The translations under genes and the position numbers were made by a program. 64,000 bases of DNA from an uncultured archaeon (GTDB lineage Archaea > Asgardarchaeota > Lokiarchaeia > Sigyniarchaeales > SOKP01). Below, one piece after another: positions 1-9,968 of this stretch. The stretch lies in assembly GCA_964493715.1 (NCBI GenBank), contig CAZBPC010000003.1, positions 32,001-96,000 of the forward strand, given 5' to 3'. The notes under the pieces are model-generated. The model saw only the letters and a program-made list of their open reading frames with translations. It was not told the DNA's origin and searched no databases. Positions within the stretch are counted from its first letter, which is position 1. Each line of letters starts with the position of its first letter.

Positions 1-2
1 GC

Positions 3-473
3 CCTATAACTCAATTTAGGGCAATTAGTTTTGGAATTTTAGCAGCTTTTGGATGGGCTGTTGGCTTAGTTATTATTGATTATGCAACTAATGACATCAA
101 TCGTATCTTAGCAGTGGAAGAGTTAAGTTCTATAATAGGAAATGTCATTAGGTTTCCATTTGCTCTAATAATATTGTTAACTATGGTTTTACGCGAAAAT
201 TACGGAAAGAAGTCGGGAGACCCAATTATAAGAAGGAGCAGAAAAACTTGGGCACTTTTAATAATGGGTGCGATCATTGGTACATCTATTGGAGCTTATG
301 CGTATACCGAAGCTGCTCGTGTAGCAGGTGCGACAATCATGGCTTTAATTGCTAGCGCTAGTCCCCTTTTTTCTCTTCCGTTGACATATTTTATAAATAA
401 GGAAAAGATTACAAAATTTGGTTTTGTTGGAGTTATTTTAACCATTTTAGGGGTAATAGTTATAATATACTAA
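3..473 (+). CDS. DMT/EamA-family transporter, 5'-truncated by window edge
   Basis: Frame is open from base 3; hydrophobic helices with the EamA C-terminal pattern (ASASPLFSLPLTYFINKEKIT..GVILTILGV). Confidence 0.8.
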   Translation, partial: PITQFRAISFGILAAFGWAVGLVIIDYATNDINRILAVEELSSIIGNVIRFPFALIILLTMVLRENYGKKSGDPIIRRSRKTWALLIMGAIIGTSIGAYAYTEAARVAGATIMALIASASPLFSLPLTYFINKEKITKFGFVGVILTILGVIVIIY

Positions 474-488
474 GAATGATCAGATCAT

Positions 489-1058
489 ATGAATATTGAA
501 ATTAAACCATTAACCCCAGAATTAATAGGAGATTTTTTACATTACTTTGATGAAGTAGGATTTTCTAATAATCTCGATTGGTCGGGATGTTATTGTTATT
601 TTCATCATTTCCCTGGCTCAATAGAAGAATGGTTGAATCGTACTAAAGAGGAAAATCGAGCAGATTCTAAAAAATCAGTCTTAAGCGGTGTTACAAATGG
701 TTTTTTAGCTTATGAAGATGGAAATCCCATTGGATGGATAAATACAGATTTAAAAGAAAATTACGTGAAAGTGCCTTATGAAGAAGAAATAAATCCATCA
801 AAGGAAGGAAAAGTGGCATCAATAGTGTGCATATTGATCGCGCCTTTGCATAGAAGAAAAGGTATTGCCAAGCAACTTTTAAAAAATGTTTTGGTGAAAT
901 TAAAAGAAAATGGCATAAAAATAGTTGAAGCATATCCTCGATTAGGTGATCTATCTGATGCACATCATTATCATGGTCCTCTTTCATTATATCAATCGGA
1001 AGGTTTTTTAATTGTTAAAAAGTTTAAGGATATGGTTGTCGTGCAAAAAGAGCTTTAA
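489..1058 (+). CDS. GNAT N-acetyltransferase
   Basis: Acetyl-CoA motif HRRKGIAKQLL, plus VEAYP and LYQSEGF. Confidence 0.85.
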   Translation: MNIEIKPLTPELIGDFLHYFDEVGFSNNLDWSGCYCYFHHFPGSIEEWLNRTKEENRADSKKSVLSGVTNGFLAYEDGNPIGWINTDLKENYVKVPYEEEINPSKEGKVASIVCILIAPLHRRKGIAKQLLKNVLVKLKENGIKIVEAYPRLGDLSDAHHYHGPLSLYQSEGFLIVKKFKDMVVVQKEL

Positions 1059-1108
1059 TTTATAAATTAAATATCCATATCCTTCTTTAAAAAGGAGTTG
1101 AATTACTC

Positions 1109-1909
1109 ATGAATGATGAAAAAAATAATGGAATGGAAAGGATTCGAAAAATTGGAAACTTCATTCAACAACTCGAAGATATAAAAGAAAGTCTTATAAA
1201 ATTTTTAAACACCCGTATAGAGTTAGATGAAGTAACTAAAAATCTTTGGATTTCAGATGTGAAAGATTTTTACTATAATACCGTGTCCGCTTGGGAGATA
1301 CTTAATAGCGTAGCGAACGGAAATTTAAAATGCGTAGATGATTCTAAGAGTTTTTTACATCTCGCAAGAGGTCAGTTAGCTAAATCGATAAGTGAATTAA
1401 AGTTTTATAAAGAAGAGTTAGTATCTAATCTCATAAAAGAAGTTGAAATTAATTTTGAAAAATGTTGGAATGCTTTTTATTTTGAATTCGAATGTTTAAC
1501 ACCAATTAATAAAAGTATTAAACCCATCCCCCGAGTTATTAAGATATCTAATTTTGAATATCACTTACCTTGCTCAGTCTGTGGTAAAATTTCTATCAAA
1601 TATAAAATAGGTCCCGATTGGCTTGATGATCATGAATCACTAGTTTACAGTGGCATTACGCATAGTAGGTCATTAAGAAAGGATCTTGCAAATATGTTAT
1701 TTGAAATTCTGGATAATGAAAACCTTTCTGCAGTTCATCAGTTCATGCTAAAATATCATTCTCTAGAAGGATTAGATGCGTACTGTCCTGAATGCGATAA
1801 AATATATTGTTGGGAGCATTATGACGCAAGAGAAGAATATGATGACGGGTTCTACGATTGCACCTACGGTGAATGCCCAAATGGACATCGAAGGATGATC
1901 GATGATTAA
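1109..1909 (+). CDS. Hypothetical protein: helical N-terminal half, Cys/His Zn-binding C-terminal domain
   Basis: 266-aa ORF with AGGAG upstream; CSVC, CPEC..CWEH, CPNGH. Confidence 0.7.
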   Translation: MNDEKNNGMERIRKIGNFIQQLEDIKESLIKFLNTRIELDEVTKNLWISDVKDFYYNTVSAWEILNSVANGNLKCVDDSKSFLHLARGQLAKSISELKFYKEELVSNLIKEVEINFEKCWNAFYFEFECLTPINKSIKPIPRVIKISNFEYHLPCSVCGKISIKYKIGPDWLDDHESLVYSGITHSRSLRKDLANMLFEILDNENLSAVHQFMLKYHSLEGLDAYCPECDKIYCWEHYDAREEYDDGFYDCTYGECPNGHRRMIDD

Positions 1910-1951
1910 AATGATCTTCGCGGTACCTTTTAAATTTAAAACTAAGTTGAA

Positions 1952-3031
1952 TTATTCGTAATATTGCTCAAAAAGTTTTAATTCCTCAGAGATTTCTTTT
2001 AATTTGCTCATTTCTTCTTCAGTAGGAATCTCTTCTTTGGAAATGTCATATAGCTTCAAATTCAAGCTTTTCCGAACCTTATTTTCTATTTTATTAATTT
2101 TTTGCTTGGTAGCAAAAAACTTTATTGCCTTAAATTTGATTTTAGTGAGCGGTTTTTCCCATTCCTTAGTAAATGATCCATTCTGAATATCCACGAGCAC
2201 TTTTTTCATGATTGGTTTAAGAGGGATATTGCGGAATCTTATTCCCCTGCTCATGGCTCCATATTGGCTTGTTTGTGAATGAAAGTCCACTTGTTTTATT
2301 AATCCAATTTCTGCCATTTTCTTATATGTATATGACATCTCATTACTCATATATAACTCTACTAAGACCGCTTCAGGCGGATATCCCGCATCAATTAAAG
2401 TATAGATTGCAGTGAGTAAAACTCGTCCAAAAGCAGGACCAAATCCTTGTTCATTAAATAAGTCCAATTCGGCTTCTTGTTTAAAAGTCACTTGAATTGC
2501 TCCTTTTTTTAATGTTCCTATACCATTCGCTAAAGCTAATAATATCTCTAAAGCATCTCCACTATAATTTTGTTCCACGCTTATAAAGCTAAAGAATCCT
2601 TGATTGTTAAGAAAATTTTCTCTGACTCCTACTCCAATCATTCTAGGGGCCAACAGAATAACATCAACATTTTCAGGAGGGACAATTAAATTAAATCCGA
2701 TAGTATATCCCGATGCAAACACTAAAGCACTTCCAGGTTTTAGATTACTTTTTATACTAGTCTCGAAAGTCTCTTTCATGATTTCATCAGGAATGAGAAA
2801 AAATATTATGTCAGCTATTTTTGTAGCTTCTTTAATTGTATACGTAGAGAAACCATCGTTAATAGCGACATCTTTATAATTATCTTCCCTGTTTCCGATA
2901 ATGATTCCCATTCCAGAATCTCTTAAGTTTAATGCTTGAGCTCGTCCTTGGTTTCCGTAACCTATAATAGCAATGGTTTTATCTTTCAAAATTTCTAAAT
3001 TTGAATCCTTTTCATGAAATATTTGAACCAT
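1952..3031 (-). CDS. ilvC: Ketol-acid reductoisomerase
   Basis: IAIIGYGNQGRAQALNLRDSG, LIPDE, EAELDLFNEQ, SQTSQYG. Confidence 0.9.
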   Translation of the reverse strand: MVQIFHEKDSNLEILKDKTIAIIGYGNQGRAQALNLRDSGMGIIIGNREDNYKDVAINDGFSTYTIKEATKIADIIFFLIPDEIMKETFETSIKSNLKPGSALVFASGYTIGFNLIVPPENVDVILLAPRMIGVGVRENFLNNQGFFSFISVEQNYSGDALEILLALANGIGTLKKGAIQVTFKQEAELDLFNEQGFGPAFGRVLLTAIYTLIDAGYPPEAVLVELYMSNEMSYTYKKMAEIGLIKQVDFHSQTSQYGAMSRGIRFRNIPLKPIMKKVLVDIQNGSFTKEWEKPLTKIKFKAIKFFATKQKINKIENKVRKSLNLKLYDISKEEIPTEEEMSKLKEISEELKLFEQYYE

Positions 3032-3070
3032 TATTATTATCTACCTATAAATTTTAAAAAAGAAGTTATG

Positions 3071-3652
3071 CTATTTTTTAAGTATTTTTTCATAATCGAA
3101 TTCATTCTTCTTTAATATGGTTTCAACCATTCTTGAAAACACAGCATGGATGTTAACATTATCTTTGGAAGAGGTTTTGTAAAATGGAATGGAGTCATAT
3201 TTCGTTCTGAAATTTTCTATTACTAATTCATCTACTTTTTCAGGATCAGTTATTAAATCACTTTTACAACCTATCAATATCTTAGGTGTTTCCTTCGGAA
3301 CTAATTTTGATAGATGATCATTCCACCAATTTAACCCTAACAGAGAATTATTCAAATTAAATAAGCTAAAAACAAGAAAAACTCCGTTAGCACCATGAAT
3401 GTAATAACTGAACATCTTCTTGAATTGCTCCTGTCCACCAAAATCCCATATACTCAAACGTACAAATGTTTCTTCACCTTTGATAATTATTGGAAGGTCA
3501 TGGGTATAAAAGTCAATGCCTATCGTTAATTTTGTATTTGCATCGAACGTATCTAAACACAATCTTCTCGCAATGCAGGTTTTCCCTACTCCACCATTCC
3601 CAATTAGACAAATCTTAAAGATATATGTTGGTTTGACATCATCTTTAAACAT
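3071..3652 (-). CDS. Rab/Ras-like small GTPase
   Basis: G1 GNGGVGKT, G2 TIGIDF, G3 WDFGGQE, G4 GCKSD, G5 TSSK. Confidence 0.93.
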   Translation of the reverse strand: MFKDDVKPTYIFKICLIGNGGVGKTCIARRLCLDTFDANTKLTIGIDFYTHDLPIIIKGEETFVRLSIWDFGGQEQFKKMFSYYIHGANGVFLVFSLFNLNNSLLGLNWWNDHLSKLVPKETPKILIGCKSDLITDPEKVDELVIENFRTKYDSIPFYKTSSKDNVNIHAVFSRMVETILKKNEFDYEKILKK

Positions 3653-4052
3653 AAAGTTATTCTCTCTTTATCTTAATTTTTAGTTAAATTAAATCTATGT
3701 AAGAATAATCGACATTTTATATTTTAAATCTTTAGAAATCGCTATGATAATATTTTTCATGAATCTCAGCATTCGTTTTGGTTCCCTTCAATAGTCCAGA
3801 AATACATGTAAGTTTCTATAATAATATATTCCTTATCTTTTGGCTAATTAAAGAAGGATTATCCCTCCCAATTTAGAATTTAAAGCTCTAGACAAAGAAA
3901 AGTTTTATCTGAAGTTCAATTCTTCAGTAATTGGGTCTAAATATCATCAGAAACATAATGCAATACAATGAGTGATCCGATCAACATGCTCATTTGAACT
4001 CAGTTTTTGATCATTTTTGCATATCCGAAATTTCTACTAAAAAAATTGTTTC

Positions 4053-4136
4053 AAATCACATGTGATTTTTTTTGTCGACCATGTATCATCAATCTGATAT
4101 ATCAGATTCATCGACATCAACCAACATATTTATATA
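4053..4136 (+). promoter_or_regulatory. Putative histone-gene promoter with two perfect palindromes and a TATA box
   Basis: AAATCACATGTGATTT (4053-4068), AATCTGATATATCAGATT (4091-4108), TTTATATA (4129-4136); GGAGG at 4203-4207. Confidence 0.45.
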
Positions 4137-4218
4137 TGAGTAATACCAATTTAATTATGATTAACACTAATATTATTTAAAAAACATTTAAAAAAACATT
4201 GTGGAGGAATAAAAAATT

Positions 4219-4425
4219 ATGGCAGCTTTCGCATGGTCTCCGCTTCGCTCACTTATGAAAAAAGCAGGTGCTGAAATCGTAAGTCGTGCAGCAGTAGACA
4301 AATTAATGGATTACCTCGAGGAATATGCAAAAACCTTAACTGGTTGTGCCCTCGATATTGCAAAACACTCAGGCCGCAAGAAAGTAACACAAGATGATAT
4401 GAAAATCGCTATTGGATTAATTTAA
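4219..4425 (+). CDS. Archaeal histone (HMf-like, tail-less)
   Basis: 68-aa histone fold: SPLRSLMKKAGAEIVS...AKHSGRKKVTQDD; strong SD. Confidence 0.93.
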   Translation: MAAFAWSPLRSLMKKAGAEIVSRAAVDKLMDYLEEYAKTLTGCALDIAKHSGRKKVTQDDMKIAIGLI

Positions 4426-4468
4426 AGCGATTCTTATCTTGGGCTTACTGTTTAGCACAAAAACCTAA

Positions 4469-4488
4469 CTTTTTTTTTATTATTTTTT
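4469..4488 (+). terminator. Oligo-T archaeal terminator after histone gene
   Basis: Long T tracts about 45 nt after the stop codon. Confidence 0.5.
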
Positions 4489-4493
4489 AATTA

Positions 4494-5603
4494 CTAATTC
4501 TTAAATGATACTTTCTTTCTCATTTTATTTCCAGATAAATAAAGAATACAACACCCAGGACATATTGACATAAACTGTTTACGTGAAATATAATCTCTAA
4601 ACTTTTGATATTTCGATCCAAACCATATTTCTTCAAAAGTATTATCGTATAGATTACCCATAACGAGATCGTAAAAAATATGACATGGTGCTATATCTCC
4701 ATTGGCAACAATATCCGTTGAAACCCATGGAATAATGCAACTTTTATAATGATCGCTCATCTTACACCAATCAGCTTTTAGATAAGCCTCAAGATTCTCT
4801 GGTGTAAAAGAAGGGGGTAGAAGTAACAAATATTTATTCTTTTCTTTTAGTGCTTTCTTCACTCGAAAAACTTGACGTGATAACTCTGAACAATCTATAT
4901 TTAAAAACTCTTGAGGTTCTCTTACTAAACCTTTCCAATATTTAGCGTTTTCTATATTAAATTCTGTCTTTAAAAATCTGGCATAGGTTTCCCCCATTTG
5001 TTGAGTAATAAAATTTTGCATTTGTATGGTAATCCAATTAAAATGTTCAAGATTTAAATCTTTAAGAAAAAGTTCCTCAATTGAATCACAATTTTCAGGT
5101 GTGACTGTATAAATGATACTTAAATCTGGCTTTTTTGCATGTTGTTTCTTCTTCTCTTCAACAAGTGCTTCTATTCCAGCAATCGCTTTCTCATAACTAC
5201 CATTCCCTCTTTGAATATTATTTTGTTTACGGGGTCCATCAAGAGACACTCGAATGGAGTCGAATTTTGTCTTTACTAACATCATTGCGTTTTCCTCAAG
5301 CAATGTGCCATTGGTAGGAGTATCGACGAAACATTTAGTTTTTTTAATTTCTAGAATTAATTCTTCAAGACATGGATAAATTAAAGGTTCCCCTCCAAAT
5401 AGAGAATACATCGGATTTGCTGGAGCTAAATATTCAATTACCCGTTTTAATTTGTCAAAATCTAAAGAACTTGGTTTCATGTTTAATTTATTCTTAGAAT
5501 AAACCCCAGTTTCTCCAAAGTAATAACACATTTTACATCTTAAATTGCAATTCTCAGTAAGGTGTAAAGTAATATTTCGAGGCAGATTTAATTGTTTAGT
5601 AAT
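4494..5603 (-). CDS. Radical SAM/SPASM-domain protein (start extended beyond ORF track)
   Basis: Frame is open to 5603, giving ITKQLNLPRNITLHLTENCNLRCKMC (CxxxCxxC); GGEP; SPASM Cys (CIIPW, APCH, CPGC). Confidence 0.85.
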   Translation of the reverse strand: MTKQLNLPRNITLHLTENCNLRCKMCYYFGETGVYSKNKLNMKPSSLDFDKLKRVIEYLAPANPMYSLFGGEPLIYPCLEELILEIKKTKCFVDTPTNGTLLEENAMMLVKTKFDSIRVSLDGPRKQNNIQRGNGSYEKAIAGIEALVEEKKKQHAKKPDLSIIYTVTPENCDSIEELFLKDLNLEHFNWITIQMQNFITQQMGETYARFLKTEFNIENAKYWKGLVREPQEFLNIDCSELSRQVFRVKKALKEKNKYLLLLPPSFTPENLEAYLKADWCKMSDHYKSCIIPWVSTDIVANGDIAPCHIFYDLVMGNLYDNTFEEIWFGSKYQKFRDYISRKQFMSICPGCCILYLSGNKMRKKVSFKN

Positions 5604-5701
5604 TCATATCCCCTTATTTTCAATACTCTTCTTCCTAATTACTAGTAATTAATTCAAATTTCTTAAAATAGATTTACTTGTTAACTAAAATTAAAAGGAT
5701 T

Positions 5702-7111
5702 TTAATCGGTATGTTTTTTGATATATTCATGATAGGTACATAAATTATTCAAGGATTTTGCTAAAGCTTCAATAGATTCATATACGGGAATATTTAGCTT
5801 GAACATTTCTTTTTTAAATTGTAACCTATCTATATAGTATTTAATATCTTCAGTGATCATATAAGCGACACAGATAAAGGGTTTGTTCATTTCATAATAT
5901 GCTTTTTTGACGTATTTGAGAATTTGCTCGTCAAAATTTATTACCCACCCAAATATTATCACCGAAATGTTAGGATCTCTATCAAGTGCTAGTAATGACT
6001 TATAAAACACCTCTGGATTTATTCCACTGCTTCCGAGATCCAATGGATTTCGAACAATAGTATTAACACCTGGTAGAAATTTGAGTATGGTTTCTTGTGT
6101 TTCAGGTAATAATCTTGGAACTAATAGGTTATGCTGTTCAAGGACATCTGTGATTTGGATCGAAGCTCCACCTCCAATGCTTATCACCCCCACTTTTCGA
6201 TCTATGGATAAGTTTAAGAGATAATGAAATGTCATTGCCAAGTTTTGAAATTCTTCAGCACTTTTTACGAGTATTGCTCCAGTTTGTCGTGCTATACCTT
6301 CCCAAACAGCCTGTGATCCCGCTAAACCTCCTGTATGAGATTTAATTGCTTCTCTTGAGGATTCACCAGATCCAACTTTCCAAAGAATGACAGGTTTTTT
6401 TTTAAGAGCTAATTTTTTCAGGATTTGCCTGAAATTCTGTCCAATTTCGTTATTTTTTATATTTTCTAGATAAAGCCCTATTACTTCGGTTTCTTTATCT
6501 GTCAGGAAATATTCAAGAAAATGCACGAAATTCAAATCAATTTGGTTTCCTATTGAGATCGCTTTACTTATCGGGTTACCATAAATAGATGAGGCCATTG
6601 AAGACATTTGTATTGCTAATCCTCCAGATTGAAGAATCATGCCAAAATTTCCGGAATTCGAGTTCAATCTCGATGAAAAAGCAATATTGTTTTTAGGAAC
6701 ATAAATCCCCACGCAGTTAGGACCGAGGATTTTTATATCATATTTTTTTGCTATTATTAAGAGATCTGATTCCAAGGATTGTATACCAACTTCAGAGAAA
6801 CCAGAAGTGAATATTGTGACAAATGGAACCTTTCTCTTTCCTACTTCCTCTAAAATAGCAGGACAGAGCTTAGCAGGTACTGCAATGACAACATAATCTA
6901 TTGGTTCTTCCATCGGAATATCTAAAATCGAACCGTATACATGTAAATCCCTAATTATTTGACCTTTCAAGCGAGGATTAAAAATGTAAATAGGTTTATC
7001 AAAAGCAACGCTTTGAAGAGCCCTAAGGAAAAAACCACCACCGTAAGGTTTATCACTGACTCCTATTATCCCTATCGCCCTAGGGTTAAATAGGCGATTC
7101 AAATCAAACAT
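5702..7111 (-). CDS. Acyl/acetate-CoA ligase (ADP-forming) alpha subunit
   Basis: LFNPRAIGIIGVS, TSGFSE, GPNCVG, SHTGGLAG phospho-His motif, NPLDL. Confidence 0.88.
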   Translation of the reverse strand: MFDLNRLFNPRAIGIIGVSDKPYGGGFFLRALQSVAFDKPIYIFNPRLKGQIIRDLHVYGSILDIPMEEPIDYVVIAVPAKLCPAILEEVGKRKVPFVTIFTSGFSEVGIQSLESDLLIIAKKYDIKILGPNCVGIYVPKNNIAFSSRLNSNSGNFGMILQSGGLAIQMSSMASSIYGNPISKAISIGNQIDLNFVHFLEYFLTDKETEVIGLYLENIKNNEIGQNFRQILKKLALKKKPVILWKVGSGESSREAIKSHTGGLAGSQAVWEGIARQTGAILVKSAEEFQNLAMTFHYLLNLSIDRKVGVISIGGGASIQITDVLEQHNLLVPRLLPETQETILKFLPGVNTIVRNPLDLGSSGINPEVFYKSLLALDRDPNISVIIFGWVINFDEQILKYVKKAYYEMNKPFICVAYMITEDIKYYIDRLQFKKEMFKLNIPVYESIEALAKSLNNLCTYHEYIKKHTD

Positions 7112-7243
7112 ACTATATCATTTTTAATCATAAATTTCAAACTTAAATATAGATAATTCATTGAAACTTTAAAAGCATTTTAAAAAGGATTTTAGAACAA
7201 AAATCAACTTTGATCATTGGTTTTTAATACATAAAATAAAGAA

Positions 7244-7777
7244 TTACTCATTGATAGGATAATTCTCAAAAAGAGTTTCTGTCATGACTTCAAAGGCTTT
7301 CTCCACATTATCTCCGGTCTTGGAAGATAGTTCTATAAATGATGTTAGGCTGTAGGATTTTGCGGCTTGAATCCCCTCATCTCTTGAGACTGCACGATAT
7401 TCCTCCAAATCACATTTAGATCCTACTAGCATTATCGGTATGTCTCCAGCATTTTCTCTAATGAGTTGAGTCCATGCCGGGAGTTGTTCTAGTGTTCTTG
7501 CATTTGTGATGTCATAGAGAAAAAATGCAGCATTTGCTCCTTTACAATATTGAGAAAGCAAGAATCGAAATCTTTCTTCACCTCCAAAGTCCCAAATTTG
7601 GAGCTTTACCTTATGAACGTTATGGAACAAGATGTTTTTTGAATAAAAATCTACTCCAATAGTCATCCTCAAATCACGAAGGAAAAAGCCCGAAATGTAT
7701 CTTAGTGTTAAGGAGGTCTTCCCAACGGAAGCGTCTCCAAGCATCATAACTTTAAAAGTATAATCGAAATCCGTCAA
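7244..7777 (-). CDS. Rab-like small GTPase
   Basis: GDASVGKT, TIGVDF, WDFGGEERF, GSKCD, LSSK. Confidence 0.93.
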   Translation of the reverse strand: MTDFDYTFKVMMLGDASVGKTSLTLRYISGFFLRDLRMTIGVDFYSKNILFHNVHKVKLQIWDFGGEERFRFLLSQYCKGANAAFFLYDITNARTLEQLPAWTQLIRENAGDIPIMLVGSKCDLEEYRAVSRDEGIQAAKSYSLTSFIELSSKTGDNVEKAFEVMTETLFENYPINE

Positions 7778-7939
7778 TATCCTTAACCTAAATAGAAAAT
7801 TCTTTCCTTTTAATTTAATAAACTTGTTATGAAGAGAGATGTTGACAATTTTATTAAGATTCTTTTATTATTTGAACTAATTTATGAATAAAAATTATAT
7901 CTATTATTATTTAATCTTTCTTCTTAAAAAATCATGCTA

Positions 7940-8593
7940 TTAAAAGAACAAAACTAAGATATTAAAGAGGGAATGTGCGATAATACATGGTAGTAGTGAA
8001 TCTTTATTTATTCTATATAATCCACCAAATAGCAATCCAAATGTAAAGTAGTATCCAAAAAACGTAATTATTGTGGATAAGGGAACTAAAAACGGGGGAA
8101 TATGATAAATGGTAAAACAAAAGGACGAAATAGTCAATGCTAGGAAATAATTTGATTTATTTTTGATTTTCTTTAAAATAAAACCTCTAAAAAATCCCTC
8201 CTCGCATGGTCCAACTATAAGAATTTGAAGAACAATTATGATAACAAGCTCAATAATTTGAGGATTTATAGGATCGACATTAATTGCATTTTGAATCGCG
8301 TTTTCTACATAACCAGTTCCCAACACATTTTTAATCACAATATCTACAAAAAAAATTAAAATCCATCCTCCTATTAAATAAAAAATGACACCAATCAAGA
8401 CTCCTTGAGAAATCAATAATATAATTCTCTTGATATTGTAGTTTGACAAACTAAAACCCATATCTACTAATTCTTCTTTAAATGATTTCTTTTCCATATA
8501 AGAGGCTATTAGATTGGGAATTATAATTAATAAAATTTCTAAAGTGATAAATAAAATCAAGATAAGTGGAGTAGCCCCTAAATTGATTGACAT
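7940..8593 (-). CDS. CPBP/Abi (CAAX-type) intramembrane glutamic protease
   Basis: Intact EEGFFRG, FTIYH and HSLFN motifs; multiple TM helices. Confidence 0.88.
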   Translation of the reverse strand: MSINLGATPLILILFITLEILLIIIPNLIASYMEKKSFKEELVDMGFSLSNYNIKRIILLISQGVLIGVIFYLIGGWILIFFVDIVIKNVLGTGYVENAIQNAINVDPINPQIIELVIIIVLQILIVGPCEEGFFRGFILKKIKNKSNYFLALTISSFCFTIYHIPPFLVPLSTIITFFGYYFTFGLLFGGLYRINKDSLLPCIIAHSLFNILVLFF

Positions 8594-8682
8594 TGTTATT
8601 GTAATAACAAATTATTTCCATTTTATAAATTATAAAACTAAATCTCTCATCATTATTATTATTATCTTGAATTTATTCAGTC

Positions 8683-9966
8683 TTGATGACTATAAAGAAT
8701 TCATTTACTTTTTTTGATGAAAATGAGAAGGATAGCTCAAATTATGATAATTCAATAAATGAAAAAATCGGATTAACAAAAGAACAGCTCCTCTTTATAA
8801 ACCTGAAAGAAATAGCACATGATTACTTTAAAATTGAGGAAATTAAAAAAGAGTTTATCAAAATAATTCAAAAAAATAGGGAACAGCTTGATTTTTCTGA
8901 ATTTATTGAGGATCCTCAATTTGATATAAAAGAAAACGTTTTAAGCAATGAAATGGTCCATGCAAATATTAGAGGACTGAATGTGGTTAGTGTTGATGGT
9001 AGTTCTGTTGTTAAACATTTCATGAATGCTGATTTCTCATTTCTGAAAGCGATTTGTGTAAAATATTATTTTTATCAAAACCATTCCTCCAATATAAAGT
9101 ATTTTCCCGATATAAGTGGATATAATAACTACTTAGTTCAAGGAAATTTCATCAATAGGGATGAAAATAATGTTGATGCTCAGATATCAATTGATATGAA
9201 TTTTATGGAGATTAGGCTTCTCAATGACTTAATTGAAAATAGTGATAATTTAGATCTTATTATTATTGATGGTTCTATTGTCCCAATGCCTATTAATCTC
9301 ATTTTTGCAAGAGACATTGATATTTCAAATGAATATGATAAACTCCTGAGAGAATATCGTCAATTATACTTCAATTGCATAGATAGAGATATTATCTTAA
9401 TTGGTTCAATCAAAGACACTAGAACATCGGCACTGATTCATTCATTGCGTAGTGGAATTCAGTTATTAAAACCAAATAACTCTAGATTAAGTGATTTCAT
9501 CAAAATAAATTACCGTCAGATAATAAATTATTTCTCTGATTTGGATTTTTTTACAAGATTATTAAATAAATCAGAGAGATCCTGTATATTCAATTGTAAA
9601 AAAGATATGGAGAAGATACGCGAATCTGGAATTAAAAGGGAAATACCAAATTATTTTCCATACAACTTCTATGCATATTATCTAAAAACAGTTAAATATG
9701 ACACTCCGTGTCGAATCGAATTTTTCACCAATGAAGATAATACTATTGAGGAAGCTTCTGATAAAGCTGATTTGATTAGCTCTATGATCTTACCAATATC
9801 AAGTTATAACGAAAATTATGGTTTACCAATACCCCAGATTGAAGCTCATAGGAGAGCCGTATTTAAACCTTCAGAAATTAATCTCTTATTTAATAATTTA
9901 ACAAGAAATCTTAGCAAAAACGGGATAACATTGCTTGAAAAAAGGAGAGCAAGAAGACCTTTTTAA
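8683..9966 (+). CDS. nurA: NurA-family 5'-3' nuclease
   Basis: SVDGS, IIDGSI, IGSIKD, YGLPIPQIEAHRRA. Confidence 0.85.
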   Translation: MMTIKNSFTFFDENEKDSSNYDNSINEKIGLTKEQLLFINLKEIAHDYFKIEEIKKEFIKIIQKNREQLDFSEFIEDPQFDIKENVLSNEMVHANIRGLNVVSVDGSSVVKHFMNADFSFLKAICVKYYFYQNHSSNIKYFPDISGYNNYLVQGNFINRDENNVDAQISIDMNFMEIRLLNDLIENSDNLDLIIIDGSIVPMPINLIFARDIDISNEYDKLLREYRQLYFNCIDRDIILIGSIKDTRTSALIHSLRSGIQLLKPNNSRLSDFIKINYRQIINYFSDLDFFTRLLNKSERSCIFNCKKDMEKIRESGIKREIPNYFPYNFYAYYLKTVKYDTPCRIEFFTNEDNTIEEASDKADLISSMILPISSYNENYGLPIPQIEAHRRAVFKPSEINLLFNNLTRNLSKNGITLLEKRRARRPF

Positions 9967-9968
9967 TT

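Noticed and set aside
5604-5606. In-frame TGA upstream of the radical SAM motif as possible selenocysteine
   Set aside because: It is not at a Cys-equivalent position, the frame beyond has no start before the TAA at 5649-5651, and no SECIS was recognised
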